DNA from: Nostoc sp.
GTDB taxonomy: Bacteria > Cyanobacteriota > Cyanobacteriia > Cyanobacteriales > Nostocaceae
Assembly: GCF_036917515.1 (NCBI RefSeq)
Contig: NZ_JBALDE010000015.1
Location: 12,584-44,583 of the forward strand
DNA: 32,000 nucleotides
Direction of reading: 5' to 3'
Below the pieces are notes generated by a model, which was not told the DNA's origin, ran no database searches, and saw nothing but the letters and a program-made list of their open reading frames with translations. Of the stretch, positions 16,790 to 26,150 are shown in pieces. The position numbers and the translations under genes are program-made. How positions within the stretch are numbered: position 1 is the stretch's first letter; the number at the start of each line of letters is the position of its first letter.

Positions 16790-17045
16790 CAAAATCAGCT
16801 TTTGCTTTCTCAAAAGCAGCTTTTACTTTCTCATTTTGGTGTTTTCCGCAAGCAAAAGCAGCTTTTACTTACTCAAACCCCAGTTTGCTTTCTCATTTTA
16901 GTGTTTTCCGCAAGTAAAATCAGCTTTTACTTTCTCAAAAGCAGCTTTTACTTACTCAAACCCCAGTTTGCTTTCTCATTTTGGTGTTTTCCGCAAGTAA
17001 AATCAGCTTTTACTTTCTCAAACTCCAGTTTGCTTACTCATTTGA
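16790..17045. repeat. complex tandem repeat (about 83-bp composite unit built from 21-nt and 62-nt sub-units, about 3 copies)
   Basis: cagcttttactttctcaaaag and cagcttttacttactcaaaccccagtttgctttctcatttt(g/a)gtgttttccgcaagtaaaat alternate. Confidence 0.8.
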
Positions 17046-17115
17046 GTAATTCACGCATTATTTTTGGTATATCATTGAGCCGAAAGCCGTCGTAGAAATC
17101 GCTTGTCGGCAAATC

Positions 17116-17324
17116 TTAAACGCTATTCCATTCTTCTAGCGTGATTTCCCGCTCTAGAATAACCTCAACTTCCTGACTCATCATCCGCAATTGCGGTACA
17201 GAATACTCATCATTAGAAAGAATAAGTTAGGCGATATTGCCCCGTAAACCATAAACTGATGTCTTGTTCCAGAAAAAGGGCCATCAAAGCCAAGCCATCG
17301 TAATTTGTTCACAAAATCCCGACG
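17116..17324 (-). pseudogene. hicA: hicA-like (YcfA/HicA mRNA interferase) toxin relic, frameshifted
   Basis: One frame reads RRDFVNKLRWLGFDGPFSGTRHQFMVYGAISPNL. The frame then changes near 17226 to LSNDEYSVPQLRMMSQEVEVILEREITLEEWNSV*. No clean start codon is present, and the relic lies immediately downstream of hicB. Confidence 0.4.
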
Positions 17325-17325
17325 C

Positions 17326-17625
17326 TTACAGGGTATCCATCAGCTCAAGAGTCGGCTCCTTGTTGAGGTCAATATTATCAATTACTGGTAGAGAATGTCC
17401 CAGCTTTAGCCCAAGCAAAATCCAGTCTTCCAGTGTTGAGCGTAATTCATCCTCACACTCGCGCAAAGTTGATGCAAAAGCTATCACTCCTTTGCAAACA
17501 GGAATTCTACCTGCAAATGTACCATCTTCTAACTTGTCATAAATTGCTTGAGCGTAGACGCAAAGCGGCTTGTCGTCAGACATCGCTCGATCAACATAGT
17601 CGCTCAAAATAAACCTTATCGCCAT
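17326..17625 (-). CDS. hicB: HicB-family antitoxin
   Basis: A 99-aa ORF. The YAQAIYDKLEDGTFAGRIPVCKGVIAFASTLRECEDELRSTLEDWI pattern is typical of the HicB N-terminal domain. Confidence 0.7.
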   Translation of the reverse strand: MAIRFILSDYVDRAMSDDKPLCVYAQAIYDKLEDGTFAGRIPVCKGVIAFASTLRECEDELRSTLEDWILLGLKLGHSLPVIDNIDLNKEPTLELMDTL

Positions 17626-17747
17626 GAAATCTCACGTTGTACTACCAGTTTAATCTTATGTTAAATGATGGTGTTTCGCCGATGAAGCGTCTACGCTCTA
17701 CTTTCAAGTCTAAATCGACAAGCGATCGCTTGGTTTAGAAATGAGCA

Positions 17748-18136
17748 TTACTCAAATAAATCAAATCCCTTTTCGTTTCTCAGCTTTCTGTCAAAAGTTG
17801 CTGTTAAACTACAACCATAATCTTGAGCAATCGTACCAATTAAATAATCAGAAAAATCTGCACTTCCCTGCTTAAATCGTTGTAATGCTTGATAAATTAC
17901 AGAACGATTTTCTAACTCAAACACTGAACATTGCAGCATCAAGTCTATGGTGTTACTAATTTCTTCTTTACTAAATTGATAAGGGTTCCCGCGCAAAACC
18001 CAGACTAATTCACAAAGAACTATATTAGCAACAAAACATTGCTCTTCCCTTTCGATAATTTCAGCAGCTTGCTTCCACTGCTTTTATCATCTTTTGTCAA
18101 GTAACGTACTAAAATATTTGTATCAAGTCCAATCAC
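17748..18136 (-). pseudogene. vapC: vapC (PIN-domain toxin) disrupted by a frameshift
   Basis: GTG at 18136 gives VIGLDTNILVRYLTKDD, then the frame runs into a stop. The +1 frame continues KQWKQAAEIIEREEQCFVANIVLCELVWVLRGNPYQ... to 17748. The break coincides with an A4 run (plus-strand T run 18082-18085). Confidence 0.7.
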
Positions 18137-18368
18137 TTGAACCTTCTTGGATTGCTACTTCCATTTCTTCTAAAGTTGCGCTTTTCATTCCCGGACGGTG
18201 TAAAAGTCCTGATAAGCTTTGAATAGGAACATTTAAAGGAATCAGTTTGACAATTCCATTTTCATCGATGACAAAATCAACCTTGCTACCAGTATCCAAA
18301 TTAAGATAATCCCTAATTTCTTGAGGGATAGTTATTTGTCCTTTGCTCGTGATAGTCGCACTAGCCAT
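18123..18368 (-). CDS. vapB: AbrB/MazE/SpoVT-family antitoxin (VapB-like)
   Basis: N-terminal TITSKGQITIPQEIRDYLNL is a swapped-hairpin AbrB-type motif. The gene overlaps the vapC start by 14 nt. Confidence 0.8.
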   Translation of the reverse strand: MASATITSKGQITIPQEIRDYLNLDTGSKVDFVIDENGIVKLIPLNVPIQSLSGLLHRPGMKSATLEEMEVAIQEGSSDWT

Positions 18369-18428
18369 GACTCAAGTTTTTTACTTGATTATACAGCAGT
18401 TTGCAAGACTCAACATCAGATGAATCAA

Positions 18429-18458
18429 TTCAAAATTCACGCATTCAAAATTCACGCA
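18429..18458. promoter_or_regulatory. perfect 15-bp tandem direct repeat upstream of vapB (candidate operator)
   Basis: ttcaaaattcacgca x2, lying 61-90 nt upstream of the vapB ATG. Confidence 0.3.
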
Positions 18459-18766
18459 TTAAATACAGCCACGCCACTTGCGGGTGGGGTATCTAAGAGC
18501 CTTATGAGACAAGGATTCTTTCGCCCACAAGGGGCGAGGTTTTGAACCTATTTTTTTTGATAAAAAGAGTTTCTACCTCTTGCCTCCTGCCTCATCCCAA
18601 CTACAAATATTTACGCTGTTCTACTTCAAACACGCTTTATATCTCAATACAGTTCAGAATCAACAACAAAATCCTGATCTAGAGACGCGATAAATCGCGT
18701 CTTGAAAGACCAACGATCTACACCTTGGGATGTAATAAGATACAGTTCAAATTCTCCACTTTCCGG

Positions 18767-20530
18767 TCATGATTCCTCAAATAAGCGATCGCCTTGATGT
18801 AAACGTTCCGCAATTTGATAAGTTTGTCCTTGAGATCGCATTGTCGGAGAATGAGCAGCTAAATACCGAGATGCGGCCACTAGTACATGAATTCCAGCCG
18901 AAGTTTTACCAAGGAAAGAATACTGACGAAAAGCGGCTTCCATTTCTTGAACGACATGAAAATCACGGTTTTCTCGCAGCATCAATTTCCCCAGTTTTGC
19001 CATCAGTCTTTCAGGACTACCACCACTGTATAAATAATTAGCAACTAATTGCCCTGTCTGGTTTACTTGCTGCTGACGGTTTAATAAATCTGGTAGCTGC
19101 TGGAGCAATTGTTCGGGATTTTCTACGATGTCTTTGGGTTCTGGCAGCCTTGCTGGTGGGACATTCAAAAAACGATTTAAATATACACTCATCGCCGCAT
19201 CAAACACACCTCTTAGTAGTTCGACTGTTGGTACTCTTCGTAAAGCTTGATGTACGGCATTTGCATACGTAAATGGATGGTGGGCTGAATTCCAATCTCC
19301 AAAGTCATTAATCGTGTGGAAACGAGCTACTCGTAATGCTGCTGTATAAGTAACTACACCAGCTAATTGTTCTTCAGTACAACCTGCTTTCAGTGCATTC
19401 AATAGCGAGTCTGCGATCGCTTGTGGGTCTTCACCCAATAAGATTGGTACTAGTTCATCTGTTTGTGACCAATTTCCTTGTCGAGATTTTCCTACACTTA
19501 ATACAGTCGGTAATTGCTCAAAAGCTGACTCTAATATTGCCACCAAATCTACAGGGTAGCGCCAGGAATTGGATTCTTCCATCCGGGAAGCATTGGCTAA
19601 ACCCGAAACTAGGCTAGCCAGAATTGATTCTGCTGCTTGCCAAGCTATAGTATCAAGTGCTTCTAATGCTTTATTGATGAAATCAACTGTATGCCCAACA
19701 TCAAGATAGCGACGATCTGTAGCAGCACAGAACAGCATATCTGCTATTTGCTTTGAATTAGCTCCAGAACGAATAGCAGATACTAAACATCTTTGTGCTG
19801 CTTCCGCATCCCGTACCTGAATAAATTGGCGAAACCAGTTTTTGAGAGTTGCAAAATCTACTTTAGCATTGGGTAATGGGTGAACGACAAACTCTGGTGG
19901 CGCACCCGCACTATCATTAGCTACTGCCGACAGTCCGTGAAATAAAGCACGAGGTTTGTCTTCGACATCAAGATAAGGTAGTAGATTCATCATACAGGTG
20001 TGGATAGTCAAACCTGAACTCCAACCCGCTTTGTTATAACGAGTGCCAAATTCTAGCCCCATAAGAAATGGTTCTGTCGCTTTCACTCCTATATCTAAAA
20101 GTGCCAGCGTTGATTTCGCAATCACTAAAGAAATATTCTGCTCTAAACCGTCTAGCAGACGTTGGCGGTGGTGAGCATAAGGGTTAACTGGTGGTGCTAA
20201 ATTTATCCAAACTTCACCATCACGGATTTCTACTGGGAAACAAGGAACATCATCTGCCCACGAGTCAAACGTTCCACCACTAGCAAGATCAAAGCGGGCA
20301 TAATGCCAAGGACAGGTAACAATACCATCTTTGCAAGTGCTTCCTTGTAAGGGAAAGCCCATGTGAGGACAACGGTTATCAATTGCGTAAACAGTATTAT
20401 TTGAGTAAAACAAAGCAATCGTATGCTTTTCCTTGTGGACTAACAAACTGCCTGCTGCCTGAACTTCTGCAAGTTTAGCAACACGGATATAATTGTCTGT
20501 TTTCGTCGCATCTTCAAATATTTGAGTCAC
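18767..20530 (-). CDS. Rieske (2Fe-2S) domain protein with a long uncharacterised helical C-terminal region
   Basis: CPHMGFPL ... CPWHYARF (CxH/CxxH). GTG at 20530 has a GGAG about 9 nt upstream. The ORF track extends to a TTG at 20551, which lies within a heptamer repeat. Confidence 0.8.
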   Translation of the reverse strand: MTQIFEDATKTDNYIRVAKLAEVQAAGSLLVHKEKHTIALFYSNNTVYAIDNRCPHMGFPLQGSTCKDGIVTCPWHYARFDLASGGTFDSWADDVPCFPVEIRDGEVWINLAPPVNPYAHHRQRLLDGLEQNISLVIAKSTLALLDIGVKATEPFLMGLEFGTRYNKAGWSSGLTIHTCMMNLLPYLDVEDKPRALFHGLSAVANDSAGAPPEFVVHPLPNAKVDFATLKNWFRQFIQVRDAEAAQRCLVSAIRSGANSKQIADMLFCAATDRRYLDVGHTVDFINKALEALDTIAWQAAESILASLVSGLANASRMEESNSWRYPVDLVAILESAFEQLPTVLSVGKSRQGNWSQTDELVPILLGEDPQAIADSLLNALKAGCTEEQLAGVVTYTAALRVARFHTINDFGDWNSAHHPFTYANAVHQALRRVPTVELLRGVFDAAMSVYLNRFLNVPPARLPEPKDIVENPEQLLQQLPDLLNRQQQVNQTGQLVANYLYSGGSPERLMAKLGKLMLRENRDFHVVQEMEAAFRQYSFLGKTSAGIHVLVAASRYLAAHSPTMRSQGQTYQIAERLHQGDRLFEES

Positions 20531-20543
20531 GTCGCTTCGCTCC

Positions 20544-20575
20544 AAATTCAAAATTCAAAATTCAAAATTCAAAAT
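20544..20575. repeat. heptamer tandem repeat (AAAATTC)n, STRR-like
   Basis: aaattcaaaattcaaaattcaaaattcaaaatt. Confidence 0.85.
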
Positions 20576-20920
20576 TAATCATCCCCATAAATAAATTCAG
20601 GGGCTTGTATCCTTTTCGTTTTCGGTCATTTAATTACACATAGGTAAATGTCAAAACCCTTATTTCTACTCTGGCAAAGTTTTTCAAATTTGAGCATTTG
20701 TGCATTCTAATTTTTGTTAACTAATATCAATTCAAAAAATGTTTACGACAGATAACTCCACCCCAGGCAGCCGCATCATGTCAATAAACAAAGCATATTC
20801 TCAATAAAGTCAATACCTTATTGGTTGGAGATTTTTAAAATATAAAGCCGAATCACTGATTTTTCTGAAGAGTAGTTGCAGGCTATTAAATGTCTGATGC
20901 CTCAATAAAGCAGGTGATAA

Positions 20921-21169
20921 AAGATTATCTATATTGATATGGATGCCTTTTATGCATTAGTAGAGCAGCGAAACAATCCTAGTTACTGAGCCAAACCGTT
21001 AGTAGTCGATGGTAGCCCCAATCAAACAGGTGTGCTTACAGCAGCTAGTTACGAAGCCAGAAAATTTGGTATTCACTCTGGAATGCCTTCAAGAACAGCG
21101 ATCGCAAAATGTCCTTGGCTTATCTTTATCAGACTGAGATTCGATGTATACAGGGAAATTTCTACCTAA
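20921..21169 (+). pseudogene. dinB: DNA polymerase IV (dinB) N-terminal relic with an internal TGA, truncated after about 80 codons
   Basis: Translation: KIIYIDMDAFYALVEQRNNPSY*AKPLVVDGSPNQTGVLTAASYEARKFGIHSGMPSRTAIAKCPWLIFIRLRFDVYREIST*. This is collinear with the DinB N-terminus (IIHVDMDCFFAAVE...ARKFGV.SAMP). TGA is at 20987-20989. Confidence 0.75.
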
Positions 21170-21327
21170 ATCCACGCTTCCTTATATGATGGCACTTTCA
21201 AAATTTTTAGTTATTTTTGCATAAAACACAAGACTTTAGCTGAAGAATGTTACATACCAAACTTAGTATATGTAAAACACAGACAAGATTTTAAAAATCC
21301 CTTATTTAATCTCCTTTTTCAAGCAAT

Positions 21328-21356
21328 GCCCTGGCACAAGTCCAGGGCAGTTTTTA
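21328..21356 (+). terminator. GC-rich hairpin followed by a T tract
   Basis: gccctgg cacaagt ccagggc agttttta. No intact plus-strand gene lies upstream. Confidence 0.4.
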
Positions 21357-21401
21357 TTGCACGCAATAAAAATCAGATATTATCCGTAAATCTAGCGATT
21401 A

Positions 21402-21809
21402 TTAATTTTTGCCATTGGTCAGAATATGAATAGCTGCTCCTGCGACTGCACCATCGACTGCATCCCCCAGGGTATCTTTGCGACCACGAGTCACAGCACC
21501 TGTAACTGTGCTGGCTGCTGCCCCGACTCCAACATCTTGGCCTAAATTTCGATGCTTTCTATGATACCTAGACCTCGTACCATTGACAGCATTAACAGCT
21601 GCCCCAGCAGCAGCTCCTTTTACGGCATTATTCAGTAACGAACCACGTCTCCTTACTGTCCCAGATAATACTCCTGCACCTGCTCCAATACCCACATCTC
21701 GCAGGATGTGTTCATCCGCAGATGCTTGCCCTGCCGGAACTAAGCTGACACTGACTAAGCTTACAGCCATCATGCTGGAAATCAATGCACCTGAAATAAT
21801 TCGGTTCAT
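21402..21809 (-). CDS. secreted/membrane glycine-zipper protein
   Basis: Signal-peptide-like N-terminus (MNRIISGALISSMMAVSLVSVSLVPAGQASA) and repeated GxGAGAxxG / GAAAGAA glycine-zipper stretches. Confidence 0.6.
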   Translation of the reverse strand: MNRIISGALISSMMAVSLVSVSLVPAGQASADEHILRDVGIGAGAGVLSGTVRRRGSLLNNAVKGAAAGAAVNAVNGTRSRYHRKHRNLGQDVGVGAAASTVTGAVTRGRKDTLGDAVDGAVAGAAIHILTNGKN

Positions 21810-21984
21810 ACTAACACCTTCACCTTTTTAAAACTGAAAACCAATCAAATAATTATAAACAAGCATTATCCTTCACCTACTTATAGCAATAGTTTCAGAT
21901 TATCAAGCCTTATATTCCACTATCGTTGATAGTTTATTAAGTGGCACATCAAGTGAGAATAAATTATTCAACAAAGAATCACAT

Positions 21985-22012
21985 AAAAAACCCCTAGTAT
22001 AAATGCTAGGGG
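21985..22012 (-). terminator. rho-independent terminator downstream of clpC
   Basis: Stem cccctag / ctagggg with an 8-nt loop. On the minus strand it is followed by TTTTTT (plus-strand aaaaaa 21985-21990). Confidence 0.55.
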
Positions 22013-22134
22013 TGATAAATAATACCATTTCACTTGATGTTTGTCTGAGATGACCCTGTTTGTGTCTCTGCTCTACGACGCAAGAGGCTAGAGTGTTTCT
22101 CAAATATTACAGTAAAAAGCGATCAGGTATAAAA

Positions 22135-24588
22135 TTAGCCAACATTTGCCAAGAGCAATTCTCGTTTTTCTGATTTTTGTACTCTCACTTGAGAGTCATC
22201 ATCAACATCAATAAGGGCTGTATCTCCATCTGTAATTTCACCAGACAGCATTGCCTCGGCAAGAGAATCTTCTAGGAGGCGCATAATTGCCCGACGTAAT
22301 GGCCTAGCGCCGTAGCTGGGGTTATAACCTTCTTGTACCACAAGCTCTTTGAAGCGATCACTAACTTCTAAGATAATTCCCTTTTCTGTCAAGCGGTTAG
22401 CAACATCGCGGAGCATAATTTCAGCGATTTGCTTAACTTCATCCTTGGAAAGCTGGGTGAAGACGATAATCTCATCAAGACGGTTGAGGAACTCAGGACG
22501 GAAGTAAGCTTTCAATTCCTCATTTACCAAGGTGCGGATGCGGTTATAACTAGCGTCGGCTTGAGTATCGAAGTCAAAGCCTAAACCACTACCACCTTTT
22601 TCAATCACCTTGGAACCGATGTTTGAAGTCAAAATGATCAGCGTGTTCTTGAAGTCCACTTTCCGGCCTTTGGAATCAGTAAGTTGACCGTCATCCAAAA
22701 GTTGTAGCAGCATATTGAATACATCGGGGTGTGCTTTTTCGATTTCGTCGAATAGCAGCACTGTGTAAGGTTTCCGGCGCACAGCTTCTGTAAGTTGTCC
22801 ACCTTCGTCGTATCCGACATAACCAGGAGGTGAACCAATCAGCTTGGCGACGGTGTGGCTTTCCATGTATTCAGACATATCTAGCCGAATCATCGAGTCT
22901 TCCGAACCGAAGAAGTAGGCAGCTAGTGCCTTCGCCAATTCTGTTTTACCAACGCCAGTCGGTCCAGAGAAGATAAAGCTAGCAATGGGACGATTGGGAT
23001 TTTTTAATCCAACACGAGCGCGACGGATACCGCGAGATACAGCCGAGACTGCTTGCTCTTGACCGATGAGCCGTTGGTGCAGAGTGTCTTCTAGGTGCAG
23101 GAGCAACTCTGACTCAGATTCAGTTAGCTTGTTGACTGGTACGCCAGTCCAAGAGGCAACGATTTGGGCGATGTCTTCTTCGTCAACTACAGTCGAGTTG
23201 ACAGGTTGATCGTTTTGCGTAGACGTTGCTTGCAGTTGTTCTGCAAGTTTTAACTCTTGGTCGCGCAGTTGTGTAGCTTTGTCAAAATCTTGGACTCTGA
23301 CTGCTGCTTCTTTTTCTTTAGTAACGCCAGCGAGTTCGCGCTTGAGTTCTTTATTCGGAGAACTTTGGGAGTTCCGCAGACGAACGCGAGAACCAGCTTC
23401 ATCAATCAAATCTATTGCCTTATCTGGCAAGAAGCGATCACTAATATAGCGGTCTGATAATTGTGCTGCTGCAACAAGTGCCGCATCCAAAATTGTGACT
23501 TTGTGGTGTTGTTCATAAGCGCCGCGCAAGCCGTAAAGAATTTGTACGGTTTCCTCAACTGAGGGTTCACCGACCATAATCGGTTGGAAACGACGCTCTA
23601 GGGCGGCATCACGCTCGATATGCTTACGATACTCATCAAGGGTAGTTGCACCGATGCACTGGAGTTCACCTCGTGCTAAGGCAGGTTTAAGAATGTTGGC
23701 TGCATCCAAGCCACCTTCTGTTCCACCAGCGCCAACTAGGGTGTGAATCTCATCAATCACCAAGATGATATTGCCCACAGTGCGGACTTCTTCCACAACT
23801 TTTTTGATACGTTCTTCAAAATCGCCACGGAAGCGAGTTCCAGCTACCAATGACCCCATATCGAGACTGACAACTTGTTTGTCTTGCAAACTTTCGGGAA
23901 CATCCTGGTTGACAATCCGTTGAGCTAGACCTTCGGCAATCGCGGTTTTGCCAACTCCTGGTTCCCCAATCAACACTGGGTTATTCTTAGTGCGGCGACC
24001 GAGAATTTGGATCGCCCGCTCAATTTCCTGCTGGCGACCAACTACGGGGTCAAGTCTACCTTCTTGGGCTAATCTGGTCAAATTTCTGCCAAACTCTTCC
24101 ATTGTTAGCGGTTGGGTGCGCTTTTGACTACCACTACCAGCAAAAGCTGGTGCATTTTCACCCAAACGGCGAACTATGGCACTACGGACACTCTTGAAGT
24201 CAACCCCTAGATTTTGCAGTACTTTGGCGGCGACACCTTCACCAGCCTCGGTTAATCCTAAGAGTAAGTGTTCAGTGTTAATGTAATTCTGTCCCAAACT
24301 ATGAGCTTCTTTAAACGATTGCTCGAAGAGGCTTTTCACCTTCGGAGTAAAAGGAATTTCTGGTGGTACAAAGCCAGAACCCCTACCAATAATTTTTTCT
24401 ACCTCGCGACGTGCGTCTTTGAGGGTAACGCCTAACTCGGCCAGCACTTTAGCAGCAACCCCAGTTCCTTCTCCCATCAAACCCAGGAGAATTTGTTCAG
24501 TTCCTACGAAATTGTGTCCCAGGCGACGTGCTTCCTCCTGAGCTAACATAATTACTCTAATGGCTTCGGAAGTGAAGTGTTCAAACAT
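22135..24588 (-). CDS. clpC: ATP-dependent Clp protease ATP-binding subunit ClpC
   Basis: [25 protein letters not shown] (Clp_N repeats), two AAA+ modules ([16 protein letters not shown]), a UVR-like linker and C-terminal GARPLRRAI. The start is taken at the ATG at 24588, not the upstream ORF start. Confidence 0.95.
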   Translation of the reverse strand: MFEHFTSEAIRVIMLAQEEARRLGHNFVGTEQILLGLMGEGTGVAAKVLAELGVTLKDARREVEKIIGRGSGFVPPEIPFTPKVKSLFEQSFKEAHSLGQNYINTEHLLLGLTEAGEGVAAKVLQNLGVDFKSVRSAIVRRLGENAPAFAGSGSQKRTQPLTMEEFGRNLTRLAQEGRLDPVVGRQQEIERAIQILGRRTKNNPVLIGEPGVGKTAIAEGLAQRIVNQDVPESLQDKQVVSLDMGSLVAGTRFRGDFEERIKKVVEEVRTVGNIILVIDEIHTLVGAGGTEGGLDAANILKPALARGELQCIGATTLDEYRKHIERDAALERRFQPIMVGEPSVEETVQILYGLRGAYEQHHKVTILDAALVAAAQLSDRYISDRFLPDKAIDLIDEAGSRVRLRNSQSSPNKELKRELAGVTKEKEAAVRVQDFDKATQLRDQELKLAEQLQATSTQNDQPVNSTVVDEEDIAQIVASWTGVPVNKLTESESELLLHLEDTLHQRLIGQEQAVSAVSRGIRRARVGLKNPNRPIASFIFSGPTGVGKTELAKALAAYFFGSEDSMIRLDMSEYMESHTVAKLIGSPPGYVGYDEGGQLTEAVRRKPYTVLLFDEIEKAHPDVFNMLLQLLDDGQLTDSKGRKVDFKNTLIILTSNIGSKVIEKGGSGLGFDFDTQADASYNRIRTLVNEELKAYFRPEFLNRLDEIIVFTQLSKDEVKQIAEIMLRDVANRLTEKGIILEVSDRFKELVVQEGYNPSYGARPLRRAIMRLLEDSLAEAMLSGEITDGDTALIDVDDDSQVRVQKSEKRELLLANVG

Positions 24589-24894
24589 AATGGGTTCTTG
24601 CTCCCTCGCTGCTTGGACTTTGGGTGAAATAAAATTCACCCTCATCTAAAGTTTTTTGTATTTTCTTAAGAACAATGTAACTTTATTTAAAGTTAAGTGG
24701 CAGTGGTGAGAGCCGTAAGACATCAGGTGTACTTGCCGTCTACTAGGAGTGACGCGATTAATTACGTCTGTACAAGAGTTGCAAAGTTGACAGTTAAGCT
24801 TTCGGTATTTGACAATTTTCTTTTGTCTGTTTTGTTTTGCACTGTCAGCTAAACTTAAAATTCAGGACTTAGCACTCTAAACTCAGGACTGACA

Positions 24895-25191
24895 ATGACT
24901 GAAGCAACGGCCGGTAAAGACCAACAACATCCACTTTATAACCGCGATCGCCCCCTTATTGATATTTTACTCGCTCAAGAGGCGACAGACTATAACTTAG
25001 CAGAATTGGCTAGACTACGAATGCGCTATCAAGGGTTTCCAGGGGCGAGAGACATCCAAAAAGACCTAGATAAAGTCTTGCAACAGTGGGGTTTGACCGA
25101 AGCTGAGCTTTTTGAGAAAACTCGTCAAATTCATGATTTGGGTGGAATTTACAAAAGCCGTGGCAAGAAAGATGAACAGGATTGGAATTAG
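24895..25191 (+). CDS. conserved cyanobacterial hypothetical protein (possibly DUF3288)
   Basis: A 98-aa ORF with an ATG start. The family name is recalled from memory only. Confidence 0.55.
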   Translation: MTEATAGKDQQHPLYNRDRPLIDILLAQEATDYNLAELARLRMRYQGFPGARDIQKDLDKVLQQWGLTEAELFEKTRQIHDLGGIYKSRGKKDEQDWN

Positions 25192-25444
25192 TTATGGGGA
25201 ATAGGGCATTGGGTATTGGGTTCTTTTGCATTCCTAATTCCTGACTCAGCCCTGGAATGGCGATCGCTAATTCTGCGCCTTTGCCTAATTCAGATTTTAC
25301 TGTGAGTTGTCTACAATCTATCGGAAAGTGGCTAATCCTAAAATAGTACCTTTACTTACTGGTTTAGTAATAAATAAATAACCAAATAGTTTTTGTAATC
25401 TTAAAATAAATCTTGCGATCGCTATTTTGTTTCCAGAAATTTAC

Positions 25445-25666
25445 TTAGTTCTGCAAGGTTTGAACTTGCTGCAAAATCCCAAGTAAATTTTGGATATGAT
25501 GCCCAATTTTATGAGCAATCACGTATGCTTGAGCAAAATCTCTAAGTGCCTGATATTGAGTCTTCAAATCGCGATAAAAACTCAAGTCAATATACACCTT
25601 TTGATCGCGCGGACAATAAAACGGTTGAACTGCTGAACGTGCAAATCCACAAGCTGACAAAGCCAT
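25445..25666 (-). pseudogene. fragment of a YpfJ-type neutral zinc metallopeptidase
   Basis: [27 protein letters not shown]...[17 protein letters not shown] corresponds to the central part of proteins of about 290 aa. It is truncated at both ends and the HExxH glutamate is replaced (HKIGH). Confidence 0.6.
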
Positions 25667-26007
25667 GAGAATTTAGGATATCAACACAGGGGAATATCAT
25701 TATGTCTGCGTTGGACACACACATGTAGTTGAGGCTGTCCCTTGTCACTCACTAACGGAACTTAAACATTTTTGAGAGAGAAACAAGCTTCAAACCCATG
25801 CAGGGTAAGGGAAATACACCAAATACTCAAAAAGGGGCTAAACCCAGATATATCAATAAACTAAGCCTAACGATGTCAAAGTCTCTCTGTATATAGATTT
25901 AATGCTTTTTTCTGGTTGTTTTTTGTCTAAGTCCCACTAAATAATAACTCTGTATCAGTTAGAGGTCTTTTCGTCTTGGTGTATTCACTTTTTGCTACTT
26001 ATAATTA

Positions 26008-26150
26008 GACTTCTTGCATGAATCCTTACCGTCACCCTAAATCCCTCTCCCAAGCTTGGGAGAGGGACTTTAAAATTGACTCCTCTTCTCCCAAAATTGG
26101 GAGAAGGGGTTGGGGGATGAGGGCAAGTTTTGCATTCGTGCAAGAGATCT
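26008..26150. mobile_element. MITE-like element of about 143 bp with 17-bp imperfect terminal inverted repeats and two internal palindromes
   Basis: agacttcttgcatgaat ... attcgtgcaagagatct (14/17 match). Internal palindromes are ccctctcccaagcttgggagaggg and ctcttctcccaaaattgggagaagg. Confidence 0.45.

Noticed and set aside
16790-17045. Possible CRISPR array (recurring 23-nt motif ctcattttggtgttttccgcaag)
   Set aside because: Spacing between copies is irregular (62 and 83 nt). The intervening sequences are themselves repeats of one another, and no cas genes are nearby. It is a composite tandem repeat.
18519-18560. Hairpin tcgccc-acaag-gggcga followed by T-rich sequence as a plus-strand terminator
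   Set aside because: There is no plus-strand gene upstream to terminate, and the stem is only 6 bp. It may be incidental.
21583-21831. 82-aa plus-strand ORF
   Set aside because: It lies antisense to the Gly/Ala-rich glycine-zipper gene. GC-rich Gly/Ala codons commonly leave the opposite strand open.
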